Below, in pieces: positions 1 to 8,849 of a stretch of 30,720 nt of DNA. A model generated the notes under the pieces. The model worked only from the letters and a program-made list of their open reading frames with translations, was not told where the DNA came from and ran no database searches. The stretch spans positions 1 through 30,720 of the forward strand of contig CALFEW010000728.1 of assembly GCA_937958365.1 (NCBI GenBank). Reading direction: 5' to 3'. This stretch comes from an uncultured Chloroflexota bacterium (GTDB lineage: Bacteria; Chloroflexota; Anaerolineae; Promineifilales; Promineifilaceae). Each line of letters begins with the position of its first letter. Within the stretch, counting starts at the first letter, position 1. A program made the position numbers and the translations under genes.

Positions 1-109
1 TAGGGTCTTGGGCCACGTTTTGCTGCAAATTTTGCCCGTGCGTGATGTGGCCCAATGCCTGTTCAATGATGAATCCGATTTTGACCAAGTAAAAAACCTC
101 TGAGTAACA

Positions 110-628
110 TCAAGACCTGACAGGTTTCCGAAAACCTGTCAGGTCTAAAAGCGCAGGAATGGCAACCAGGGCGATACCGCCCATTTCCAGCAAAAAGTTG
201 GGGTTGATTCCCATGAAGCCGCGATAGAGGAAGGCATCTATAGCGTGTAAGGAAATGGCGCGGAGCAGAGAAAATCCCGTCAGAAAAGCCACACCCACAA
301 CGGCCGTTACCTGCGACCGCGACAACGGCCGTAAAAAACGCACGAGCAGCAGCAAGCCCAACCCCATCAGCAACAAGACGCCGCCGATCAGCGCCCACTG
401 CAAACCACCCCGCGCCGCGTACCAATCACCGCCCCAGGCCAGGAAGCGGCCTTGCGTCGTCAGGCGACCAACGAGGTTAAACTGCTTGTTGATCGCCAGA
501 ACGCCCATACCGACGCCTAAAAAGCCATACACATTGCGCTGATGGGGATCACTCCGGCGGAAGCGCCAGGCGCACAAGATACAGAGAACGGCCGTTCCCC
601 AATATGCAGTCACCGTCAGCCACCACAT
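110..628 (-). CDS. Small multi-pass membrane protein of unknown function, last visible gene of the locus
   Basis: 172-aa ORF starting 6 nt after the DegT stop. It has 4-5 hydrophobic segments with polar motifs between them (NKQ..L...GR, W-Y..R, RAISLH..D, N..LE.GG). The C-terminal LTGFRKPVRS is encoded by the REP hairpin at 113-146. Confidence 0.75.
   Translation of the reverse strand: MWWLTVTAYWGTAVLCILCAWRFRRSDPHQRNVYGFLGVGMGVLAINKQFNLVGRLTTQGRFLAWGGDWYAARGGLQWALIGGVLLLMGLGLLLLVRFLRPLSRSQVTAVVGVAFLTGFSLLRAISLHAIDAFLYRGFMGINPNFLLEMGGIALVAIPALLDLTGFRKPVRS
113..146. repeat. REP-like perfect inverted repeat AGACCTGACAGGTTT-ccga-AAACCTGTCAGGTCT
   Basis: 15-bp perfect arms (113-127, 132-146) with a 4-nt loop. 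Each arm contains the near-palindrome ACCTG(A/T)CAGGT. A lone core ACCTGACAGG recurs at 14117-14126. Confidence 0.85.
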
Positions 629-634
629 AAAGAG

Positions 635-1777
635 TTATTCCTGACTGGACGCCCAGTCCAAAATCGCGTCGGCGACAAGGTTGGCCTTGTCCAGGCCCAA
701 TTCAGGATAAATAGGCAAGGTCATGATCTCAAAGGCCAGATTTTCTGTCTGGTCAAGGGAACCGGACAGTGGCGTTCGATTTTCGTAGGCAGGTTGCAAG
801 TGGACGGGAACCGGATACAAAACCTGGGTTTCAATGCCGCGCTCGGACAGGAAGGCGCGCAAGGCTTCACGGCGAGGCGTGCGTAAGACGTATTGATGGT
901 AAACGTGAACGGCCGTTTCCTTTACGCACGGCAGCGTCAGGGGCAGATGGGCTAACCGTTCGTTATACACCTGAGCAATGGCCTGACGACGGCCGTTATC
1001 TTCATCCAGATACGCCAATTTGACGCGCAAAATGGCTGCCTGGATGGGGTCCAGCCGCGAGTTAAGGCCGGGAATCAGGCTAATGTACCGTTCGCGCCAG
1101 CCATATTGGCGCAGCAGCCGTACATTATCGGCCAGGGTCGCATCGTTGGTGGCGATGACGCCGCCATCGCCCAACGCGCCCAAATTCTTCGTAGGGTAGA
1201 GACTGAAGGCGGCGATGTGGCCGATGGTTCCCACTTTACGGCCGTTTAGCATAGCCCCATGCGCCTGGGCGCAATCCTCGATGACGTACAAATTGTGCTG
1301 CCGGGCAACGTCCAGAATCGTGTCCATGTCGGCCGGGTGGCCGTAGAGATGGACGGGGATGATGGCTTTGAGCGTGCCGGGGAAGTGGCGCTGCGTGTGG
1401 GCAACGGCCGTTGCCAGCGCCGCCGGGTCGAGGGTGTAGGTGTCCGGGTCAATATCGGCAAAGACGGGGATGGCGCCGCAGCGCTCGATGGCTGAAATGG
1501 TGGCAACGGCCGTGTTGGACACCGAGATCACCCTGTCGCCGCTGCCAACGCCACAGGCGCGCAGAGCCAACTCCAGGGCATCCGTGCCATTGGCTACGCC
1601 GATGGCTTCTTTTGCGCCCAACCAGGCAGCAAATTCTTGTTCAAAAGCGGTTACTTCAGGCCCAAGAATGTACCAGCCGCTTTCTAAGACGCGCTGAACG
1701 GCCGTGTCTATTTCCGCTTTATGGGCTAAATAATTGGCATGAGGATTTGCCGGGACAATTTTGGCTTGATTTGTCAT
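635..1777 (-). CDS. DegT/DnrJ/EryC1/StrS-family PLP-dependent nucleotide-sugar aminotransferase
   Basis: Motifs [42 protein letters not shown] (PLP lysine), [21 protein letters not shown]. Confidence 0.96.
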   Translation of the reverse strand: MTNQAKIVPANPHANYLAHKAEIDTAVQRVLESGWYILGPEVTAFEQEFAAWLGAKEAIGVANGTDALELALRACGVGSGDRVISVSNTAVATISAIERCGAIPVFADIDPDTYTLDPAALATAVAHTQRHFPGTLKAIIPVHLYGHPADMDTILDVARQHNLYVIEDCAQAHGAMLNGRKVGTIGHIAAFSLYPTKNLGALGDGGVIATNDATLADNVRLLRQYGWRERYISLIPGLNSRLDPIQAAILRVKLAYLDEDNGRRQAIAQVYNERLAHLPLTLPCVKETAVHVYHQYVLRTPRREALRAFLSERGIETQVLYPVPVHLQPAYENRTPLSGSLDQTENLAFEIMTLPIYPELGLDKANLVADAILDWASSQE

Positions 1778-1785
1778 GGGTGGTT

Positions 1786-2778
1786 TTATTCGTTATCCAG
1801 ATAGTTTTGTAGATAGTGCCGATAAAAATCGAGCGTTTTCGCCAGGCCTTCGCGCAGTCTCACTTTGGGTTCCCAGCCAACGGCCTGGTTGATTTTGCTA
1901 TAGTCGGCGTAATAATCGCCGATGTCAATGCGTTTACGGTCGGCCGGATAGGTGCGCACCACAAATTCGCCGCCGCCGTTGACGTCAACCAACAGTTGGG
2001 CCACTTCTTGCAGGCTGACAACTTCCCTGTCCCCCAAATTGTATATCTGACCGTTGGCTTCATCGCTAACGGCCGTCAGCAGCAGTGCATCCACAGCGTC
2101 ATCCACATAGGAAAAGTCACGTAATTGCTCGCCGCCCCAAACCTCAAATGGCTTCCCTTCCAACAACAGACGAATCCAGATTCCCAAGAACGTCTGGCGA
2201 GCATCTTTCACGCGCATTCGCGGGCCATAGGTGTTCGTCAGGCGCAGAGCGCAGGCGCGAATGCCATAGACGTTGTTGTACAAAATATGGTACCACTCGC
2301 CGGCCATTTTATTGATGCCGTTCACGTCAACAGGGCGTACCAGATGCTTTTCGTCCACCGGCAAATAGTCCGGTTTACCATAAATCTGGCGGGTGCTGGC
2401 AAAAACAACCTTGATGTCCGGGCTGTACTTGCGGCATGTTTCGAGGATGGAGAGTTGGGCACGGCCGTTAATCTCCAGGTCGGCGAATGGATTGCTCATA
2501 GAATCCATGTGGCTCGTCTGCCCGGCCAGATTAAATAGAAAATCATGCCCCTGGACCAGATAGTGCATACTAAACTGGTCCCGCACGTCAGAGATGTTCA
2601 CCCGAACCTGGCCTTCGATGCCTGTTATGTTAAACAGGTTGCCGCCATATTCCGGGATCAAACTATCAATCAGGGTGACTTCTGCCCCCAATTCTACCAG
2701 CTTGAAAGCCAGGTTAGAACCGATAAACCCCAGCCCACCTGTGATCAGAACTTTACGATCCTTAAAAACCTCGTGCAT
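1786..2778 (-). CDS. NAD-dependent epimerase/dehydratase (extended SDR) with NxxxK in place of YxxxK
   Basis: Rossmann [30 protein letters not shown] at the usual YxxxK position, [27 protein letters not shown]-like sequence before the ATG. Confidence 0.93.
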   Translation of the reverse strand: MHEVFKDRKVLITGGLGFIGSNLAFKLVELGAEVTLIDSLIPEYGGNLFNITGIEGQVRVNISDVRDQFSMHYLVQGHDFLFNLAGQTSHMDSMSNPFADLEINGRAQLSILETCRKYSPDIKVVFASTRQIYGKPDYLPVDEKHLVRPVDVNGINKMAGEWYHILYNNVYGIRACALRLTNTYGPRMRVKDARQTFLGIWIRLLLEGKPFEVWGGEQLRDFSYVDDAVDALLLTAVSDEANGQIYNLGDREVVSLQEVAQLLVDVNGGGEFVVRTYPADRKRIDIGDYYADYSKINQAVGWEPKVRLREGLAKTLDFYRHYLQNYLDNE

Positions 2779-2816
2779 GAAACACCCCCACTTTTCTGAA
2801 CAGACCGGCTTCTGAT

Positions 2817-2866
2817 CAGGTTAACATCATAATTCCCAGGCTAACATCATAATTCCCAGGCTAACA
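2817..2866. repeat. 20-bp tandem duplication (TAACATCATAATTCCCAGGC x2 plus partial copies)
   Basis: Exact units at 2822-2841 and 2842-2861, with partial copies at 2817-2820 and 2862-2866. It overlaps the stop codon region of the GT2 gene. Confidence 0.95.
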
Positions 2867-3837
2867 CTCGATAACAAAAACAGACGCTGGAGTTTTTCAT
2901 AAACTCTTGATCTCAACAGTGTACGAGCGCCAATAATCGCCGTACGCTTATTGATTAGCGCCTCTTGCGGGCGCAGCTTAATGCTTTCCCACATAATTGC
3001 CCAGGACAGCTTATAACGGTTGCCAAACACCAGAGACATCGGAATCGCAGTGAGCGCATGAGAATAAACATGTCGCTTCAAAGCCGCCGGATTTTGCATC
3101 TGAGCAGCCAACGGGCCTTCAAACACAGTATCAACGGCCTGCAATATCTCTACCATCAATTGCCGTTGTTTTACCGTCGCCTTCATGCTCTCTTTGTGCT
3201 GCCGGTAAGCATATAAATTTTCGCAGATATACCCAACCTTGCCCAAAGCACACAAATCAAACCAGAGCTGCAAATCCAGAACATATTGATACTTGAGGTT
3301 ATAACCACCAATTTGCCGGAACGCCTCCCTACGAAACATCGGTCCACTATGCCCAATGTAGAACGTCATCGCTTTTTCAACCGCAACCACGCCCGGCATG
3401 ATGGCATCCGACGGGAAAGACACCATATTCATAAGCTGGTTACCCTTGTTGTCGTATTCGGCTATCGTTGAGTAAACAAAAACGACATCTGGGTTCGCGT
3501 CCAGCAAAGCCACCTGACGTTCAAGCGCGGTAGGCGATTTGATCCAGTCATCGGAATCCATGTGTACCATGTACTTGCCACGAACCGCATCGGTGACGTC
3601 TTTTAAGTTTTGAGCAAAACCTTTGTTTTGCTCATTGACGTACAGACGAATCCTGTCGTCCTGATCTGCATATTTTTTTATCACTTCAACAGAGTTATCT
3701 GGCGACGCATCGTCAATGATCACGATCTCGAAATCGGTGAACGTTTGCTGCAAGATTGATTCGATGGTATGCCCAATATAATCTCCATAGTTATAACTTG
3801 TGATCGTAAGTGACACTGTAGGGGATTCTTTCGTCAT
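2827..3837 (-). CDS. GT2 glycosyltransferase
   Basis: VSLTITSYNY..I..TIESIL.QTF.DFEIVIIDDASPD, MDSDDW (DXD). Start moved from 3873 to ATG 3837 (MTKESP), which has GGAGGT upstream. Confidence 0.93.
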   Translation of the reverse strand: MTKESPTVSLTITSYNYGDYIGHTIESILQQTFTDFEIVIIDDASPDNSVEVIKKYADQDDRIRLYVNEQNKGFAQNLKDVTDAVRGKYMVHMDSDDWIKSPTALERQVALLDANPDVVFVYSTIAEYDNKGNQLMNMVSFPSDAIMPGVVAVEKAMTFYIGHSGPMFRREAFRQIGGYNLKYQYVLDLQLWFDLCALGKVGYICENLYAYRQHKESMKATVKQRQLMVEILQAVDTVFEGPLAAQMQNPAALKRHVYSHALTAIPMSLVFGNRYKLSWAIMWESIKLRPQEALINKRTAIIGARTLLRSRVYEKLQRLFLLSSVSLGIMMLAWEL

Positions 3838-4036
3838 GGTAGCACTAACCTCCAGATGCTCGCGTTGGGGCAACCGTATTTACTCCGTCGGCCGCATCTT
3901 CCACACTTTTATGATTAATTCAGGAAATAACGGCAAAGGAGTTTGTTGATTTCAATCGGGGCCACATTCGGAAAATGTCGCGGTTGACAATGAATCTGCT
4001 TTGAGCATGAAGTGGTCTCGAACGAGTTAAACAGGC

Positions 4037-4063
4037 AAAAAAAAGATTCGCATCAGCACGATC
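4037..4063 (-). terminator. Possible intrinsic terminator in the spacer between the two GT2 genes
   Basis: Minus strand GATCGTGCTGATGCGAATC followed by T8. The stem is weak, with a bulge and G-U pairs. Confidence 0.3.
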
Positions 4064-4263
4064 CTTTTCTCTGGTTGCCTGAAATACTTATTAGCTCTTG
4101 TTACGCGACTGCGCAGCATGAGTTATTGATAAAGTCAATTTATGGTCGCATTCGACACCGACGGTATAAGCCAAGTTAATCTTAACAACTTACAATTCGT
4201 CTTATCATGCGGCGTTGCTACCACCTGGTTTGTGGCCTGTTCCATTGCAGAACGCCGGGCGCC

Positions 4264-5205
4264 TTATGGATATGGCGTGTCTGATATGTAACGGACAGAA
4301 CCTTTTTCCACCGGCTTGCGCAGGCCATCTACCACGCCATGCATGAGATAATAAAAGCGCTTGAATCCTTTCGGCCGGTGCAGGTGGGCAACCGGTTGGA
4401 ACGGCATGTATATTCCGAAGATGAACATCCAGGTTAATACCAGGCGCAAAATGCGCAAATCGCCTACTTTGATGTATTTGCTGAATGTCGCGCCCATACC
4501 GTAGAAGTCGCGGCGGGATAAGTTGCGCATCTCTTCCCAGGTTCGGAAACCGTCGTGCAGCACGGCAATGTCGGCATTCTCATAGACCCACCACCCCTTG
4601 TAGAGCGCCCGAATCGCCACATCTTTGTCTTCGGCGGATGGGAATTGCGCACCAGGGCCAAGCGATTGATCGAATCCTTTAATGGATTCTATGAGCGAGC
4701 GTCGAATGGCCATGCCGGCACCTAGCCCAAGCCCTTTACCGAGGCCGTGGAACGATTCAGATGGGCTATGGATGATTCGGTTTTTCTCGAAGATGATGTT
4801 TGGCGTAAAACCGTCTACCGGGTTATAAGGCAGTGGTTCTACTGTACAAAAAACGACGCCGATTTCGGAATGCTGGTCGAAGGGGGCGGTGATCTTTTGC
4901 AGCCAGTCTTCGGGCAAGAGGCAGTCGTCGTCGGTGATGACCAGATAGGGCGCGGACGAAAGACGAATGCCCAGGTTTCGGGCGTAGCAGGTGCCTGTTA
5001 TTTCAGAGTAAATGTAGCGGATACGGCCGTCTTGCAAAAATGGCGCAACCGCTTCTTCTGTTTCGCAATTTGAACTCTGGTCAATAATTAAAACTTCATA
5101 TGAAGGGTCCTGACTTTTTAAGATGGACTGCAATGTAGCTTCGATTTTGTGCCCCCGGTTTCGAGTGGCAATAATTATTGCGTAACGAGGTATTTCGTTG
5201 TCCAT
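4264..5205 (-). CDS. GT2 glycosyltransferase
   Basis: AIIIATRNR, EVLIIDQS, ARNLG, ITDDDC (DXD), GFDQSLGPG..F.SAEDKD. AGGTAGG RBS. Confidence 0.93.
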   Translation of the reverse strand: MDNEIPRYAIIIATRNRGHKIEATLQSILKSQDPSYEVLIIDQSSNCETEEAVAPFLQDGRIRYIYSEITGTCYARNLGIRLSSAPYLVITDDDCLLPEDWLQKITAPFDQHSEIGVVFCTVEPLPYNPVDGFTPNIIFEKNRIIHSPSESFHGLGKGLGLGAGMAIRRSLIESIKGFDQSLGPGAQFPSAEDKDVAIRALYKGWWVYENADIAVLHDGFRTWEEMRNLSRRDFYGMGATFSKYIKVGDLRILRLVLTWMFIFGIYMPFQPVAHLHRPKGFKRFYYLMHGVVDGLRKPVEKGSVRYISDTPYP

Positions 5206-5806
5206 TCAACCTACCTTTCAATTTATCTTTTTCTGCGAGTGATTAGCTAGTGTCGGTTATGCTAAAAGCTTGATCTTGGGCATAGATGAACGCAGAATTT
5301 TCTATTTGCCAGTGCGTTCTTAGCCATGAAAGCTCGCATCCAGAAATTCACATAACCTTATTTCCGAGATCATCTGGTCTATAGGGAAAATTTGTTGTGC
5401 TAACGACCAATCTGGCTGCCTTCGTTGATTGATGTATGTATTTCTTTACTTCAAGGTGTCGCCTTTTGACAATATGAGCCAGTTTTAATTGAGCGTGTGT
5501 TTAGAGGCAAGATAAACCGCCTGTCAAGAGTTTTAGCTATGGTTTGCGCAAATCAATGATCTCAAAACAGTTGCGTTACCTTAATGAAGAATCTCTTTCC
5601 CGTTTAACTTCTCTATTGTGGACCTTTCAGCTTACCAAATAGATTACTTTTTACCAGACCCTGATCGTTTGACTTACTTACGCTGACGCAGCACAAATGA
5701 GCAACTTGTGTGTTATTGGAAGTCGGGGTGATGATCGCGTGGTCTCTGCAGGAATCCGGCCGAAAGCAAAATTAATATGGGCCTCTTCAAAATATGGCAG
5801 CGTCTT

Positions 5807-5869
5807 GTCATGCTGAGAGAAGTGAAACAACCCAACACCTTTGGGATGCTTCACTTCGTTCAGCATGAC
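5807..5869. repeat. Long REP-like stem-loop GTCATGCTGA..GAAGTGAA.CA / TGCTTCACTTCGTTCAGCATGAC
   Basis: 23-bp arms (5807-5829, 5847-5869) with 3 mismatches, plus an inner stem CCCAA/TTGGG (5831-5835, 5841-5845). It lies about 100 bp downstream of the LysM lipoprotein gene. Confidence 0.8.
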
Positions 5870-5966
5870 GCGCTTCAGGCCCTATCTGAAAGACTCAAAT
5901 ATTTCCCATTCAGAAAATTTAGCGCCACCTCTTAGTGTAAGGCTTTCTGTGACGAACATAAAGGGG

Positions 5967-7121
5967 TTAAGGAGCGGGTGTTTCGGTGTTAGGCAGTCGT
6001 GGCAGCCAAATTTGTTTGCCCACGCTTAAAACGCCGCCTCTGTCCAGGCAGTTGACGCTTATGACCACATCTGGAGCCGCACCTGCCTGGACAGCCAGGT
6101 TTGAAATTGCGTCGTTGGGTTGAATGGTGTATTGCACCCAACCGTCAGGTGGGGAGATGACACACACGGCCGTATCCGCATCTGTTTCCGTAGTGGCCTC
6201 CGGCGTGGTTGTGGTTTCTGGGGCAACGGCCGTACTCTCCGGCGTACTTATCACGGGAGCATCCTCAACCACCTGATCGGTCGTCTGTTCCAACAAAATC
6301 ACCTCAACATCATCCACATAGATGGTATTGTAAAACCCTTCGTCATTTTTGATATAAAACGCAGTGATGTAATTCGAGATCGGATCATAGACAAGATTAT
6401 CAATCCACACGTAAATCTGAACCCAGGTGTTAGGAGGGATTGAACCATTTAGACCGAGGTGATACAGGCGTGTTTCCGAGAAGCTGCCACCTGAGGGCAG
6501 GTCGGCGGAGGTATCATCCGGGTTCCAATAGGTAAAGTCATTGCTGCCGATGACCGTCACGGCCAATTCGTCAGGTTCAATATAATCGTCACCACTATTG
6601 AGCCAGAAACTAAAACCCAGCGTTTCTTCATAAGTAAATGTTTTGTCGGCATCGGGCGTGACGGCAAAAAACAACGTTGTAAAATCTTTTTTGGGGGTAA
6701 AGGCGATGGCGTTTTGGCCGCTGTTGGCCTGGTTGGTACTGGCCAGGTCTATATCCGCATCGGGGTTGTCCAAAATCTCCCAATTGGCGTCTAATTCATC
6801 GTCGTAGATGACAAAACTCTCGGTGTCTACACTGGTGAGATCGCGGGTGGGCGAAGGCAGGGTAGCTCGCGGCGTAGAAGGTGGACGAGGAGTGGAGGTA
6901 CTGCGTATGCTAAAGAGACTGGCGATGGTGGGCACGGCCGTGATCTGATCCTCGTTAGCAGGCTCTTGAGTCTGGTCGCTATTTTCGGATATAAAATAAG
7001 AGTGGGTCGTAGGCGTGGACTGCGGCACAGACGTAACCTCAGATGAGACAGTTCCTACGGTACAACTGGTCAGGGCCAAAAACAGAGATGCGTAAAAGAT
7101 GAAACCGGCTTTTATTTTCAT
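5967..7121 (-). CDS. Predicted lipoprotein with Thr/Pro-rich linkers, a putative jelly-roll carbohydrate-binding domain and a C-terminal LysM domain
   Basis: True start is ATG 7121, an ATGA overlap with the GT4 stop at 7118. Signal MKIKAGFIFYASLFLALTS-C (lipobox). Central VIYDDEL..NW...SG..AI.F...FSFW...W.QI....IYVDDV. LysM YTIQPND.IS.LA...G.....VISVNCL....LSVGKQIWLP. Confidence 0.85.
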   Translation of the reverse strand: MKIKAGFIFYASLFLALTSCTVGTVSSEVTSVPQSTPTTHSYFISENSDQTQEPANEDQITAVPTIASLFSIRSTSTPRPPSTPRATLPSPTRDLTSVDTESFVIYDDELDANWEILDNPDADIDLASTNQANSGQNAIAFTPKKDFTTLFFAVTPDADKTFTYEETLGFSFWLNSGDDYIEPDELAVTVIGSNDFTYWNPDDTSADLPSGGSFSETRLYHLGLNGSIPPNTWVQIYVWIDNLVYDPISNYITAFYIKNDEGFYNTIYVDDVEVILLEQTTDQVVEDAPVISTPESTAVAPETTTTPEATTETDADTAVCVISPPDGWVQYTIQPNDAISNLAVQAGAAPDVVISVNCLDRGGVLSVGKQIWLPRLPNTETPAP

Positions 7122-8203
7122 CTTTGATACTCGTTGGTGGCTGACTCGACAACGATTCTGACGACGTCGGCGGCATTTTGGCGGGCGTCGAAATGACATT
7201 CAGCGCGCAGGCGAGATGCAAAGCCCATTTGTTGGCGCAGGCGCGGGTATTCGGCCAATTGCCGGAGATGGTTGGTTAAAGCCTCGGCATCATCAGGGAC
7301 CATGAGGAAACCATTTTCACCTTGAGCGACAATATCGGTTACGCCGCCAACGGCCGTAGCAATCACCGGCAACCCCGCAGCACAAGCCTCCACCACGGCA
7401 ATGCCAAAAGCCTCAGCCTTGGTTGGCAAAACGAACACATCCGCCGCCTGATAGAGGGCAACCAGTTGTGGGGAATTCGGCTGCATGTTGTTATATACAG
7501 TGACTCCTGCCTCTGGCGGCAGTTGAGTACGTGTGACCAGGTTTAAGTTAGCAGAACCTTCGGGTAATGACCGAAACGCTTCAAGTAACACATCCCCTCC
7601 CTTGCGATACAAATCGCCACCTACAAACAAAATTTGCAGCGGGCCATTGTGTACGGCCGTGCCCGGCTTCCAGGTCTCCAGATCAACACCTGGTGGAATA
7701 ACCGCAATCCGTTCTTCTTCTACGCCATAGTCTTCTATGAGGGATGCGCGTGTCCAGGTAGACCAGGGCAAGATTTTGACGGCATTTCTGAACAAATTTA
7801 CATTTGCCCAATGCTTATACCGGCTCAACAAACCACCATTATCGGCCTGATGGTTATAATGTTCTCCCATCCGATCATATTGGATGGGCGTGATGTCGGT
7901 GCTAAGAATGTAGGGCTTTCTGCGGACGATTGCCCCGCCAATCACGGCCGGAACCTGTGTATTGAACAAAGCTACATCATAAGAAAGTTTCTGCAACCCC
8001 TTTTGCACTTCATTTCGACCACTCATCGTGCCACGCAGATTGTCGGGAAGGATGGACAGGCGGGCCAAAATACCGGCATATTCATAGGTTACCTGAACCC
8101 ACGATACCTCAATTTGCGACGACTGGTCAATAAATCGTCGTAAGTTTTCATAATAGGCCCGGTGGCCTATATGTTGTTCCATCACAAAAGCTGCGCGTAC
8201 CAT
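7118..8203 (-). CDS. GT4 (GT-B) glycosyltransferase
   Basis: VIPPGVDL, ILFVGG..YRKGG, DVFVLPTKAEAFGIAVVEACAAGLPVIAT.VGG (EX7E). Confidence 0.94.
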   Translation of the reverse strand: MVRAAFVMEQHIGHRAYYENLRRFIDQSSQIEVSWVQVTYEYAGILARLSILPDNLRGTMSGRNEVQKGLQKLSYDVALFNTQVPAVIGGAIVRRKPYILSTDITPIQYDRMGEHYNHQADNGGLLSRYKHWANVNLFRNAVKILPWSTWTRASLIEDYGVEEERIAVIPPGVDLETWKPGTAVHNGPLQILFVGGDLYRKGGDVLLEAFRSLPEGSANLNLVTRTQLPPEAGVTVYNNMQPNSPQLVALYQAADVFVLPTKAEAFGIAVVEACAAGLPVIATAVGGVTDIVAQGENGFLMVPDDAEALTNHLRQLAEYPRLRQQMGFASRLRAECHFDARQNAADVVRIVVESATNEYQR

Positions 8204-8264
8204 GTGATATTCTCGGGCGTCGAGAAAGGCAACTAACGTGTAACAGACGCCAGTTTTTCCTCGT

Positions 8265-8792
8265 CTAATTCTTGATTTTTATAACTTTTGCCGGAATGCC
8301 AACGGCCGTAGCGTTGGCCGGCACATCTTCCAGAACCACCGCATTGGCGCCGATAGAAGCGCCATCGCCAATTTTGATGCCGCCCAAAATGCGCGCCCCC
8401 GCGCCCACAAAGACGTTGTCGCCAATTTCTGGGAACGCCCACTCGTTGCGCATCCCCATCGTCACCGAGCTGACCACGGTACAATTTCGGCCAATAGATT
8501 TGGCGACAATCACCGTGCCGATAGGATGGGCGATGTAAAACCCGCCGCCAATGTCTGTGCCCACCCGTATTTCCAGGCCATATATCAAATACAAAATCCA
8601 CTGCGTAAATCCCGGAATCAAGCGGATGCCTTTATTCCTGCACCAGGTTCCCAGGCGAAACCATAACATCGCCTGTAACGGCATATGCCGGAAAAGTAAT
8701 CTCATCGTCCTGGGAAAAGTCACTTTGGATGGATCGGCTATTTGTTGCGGGATAACCCATCGTTGTACATCTTGCTTAAACAGGTCGAACAT
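8265..8792 (-). CDS. Serine-O-acetyltransferase-like (CysE/WcaB-type) hexapeptide acyltransferase
   Basis: [22 protein letters not shown]...[26 protein letters not shown]...IGANAVV..DVP....AVGIPAK. Confidence 0.9.
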   Translation of the reverse strand: MFDLFKQDVQRWVIPQQIADPSKVTFPRTMRLLFRHMPLQAMLWFRLGTWCRNKGIRLIPGFTQWILYLIYGLEIRVGTDIGGGFYIAHPIGTVIVAKSIGRNCTVVSSVTMGMRNEWAFPEIGDNVFVGAGARILGGIKIGDGASIGANAVVLEDVPANATAVGIPAKVIKIKN

Positions 8793-8849
8793 TTTCTTTC
8801 ACTTTTATGTCAGGTTTGAATGATGGTTGATCAATAAAAAGCGCGTCCG

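Noticed and set aside
8-55. 9-bp inverted repeat TTGGGCCAC / GTGGCCCAA
   Set aside because: Short arms with a 30-nt spacer at the window edge; cannot be distinguished from chance.
5466-5527. TTGACA hexamers on both strands as promoters
   Set aside because: No acceptable -10 element at 16-18 nt spacing.
7122-7199. Arg-rich N-terminal extension (RRRRQNR) of the LysM ORF as a Tat signal
   Set aside because: It lies within the GT4 gene. ATG 7121 gives an ATGA overlap and a clean lipoprotein signal.
8265-8792. Calling this gene cysE (cysteine biosynthesis)
   Set aside because: It is short, lacks the long N-terminal domain, and lies between glycosyltransferases; a WcaB-like polysaccharide acetyltransferase is more likely.
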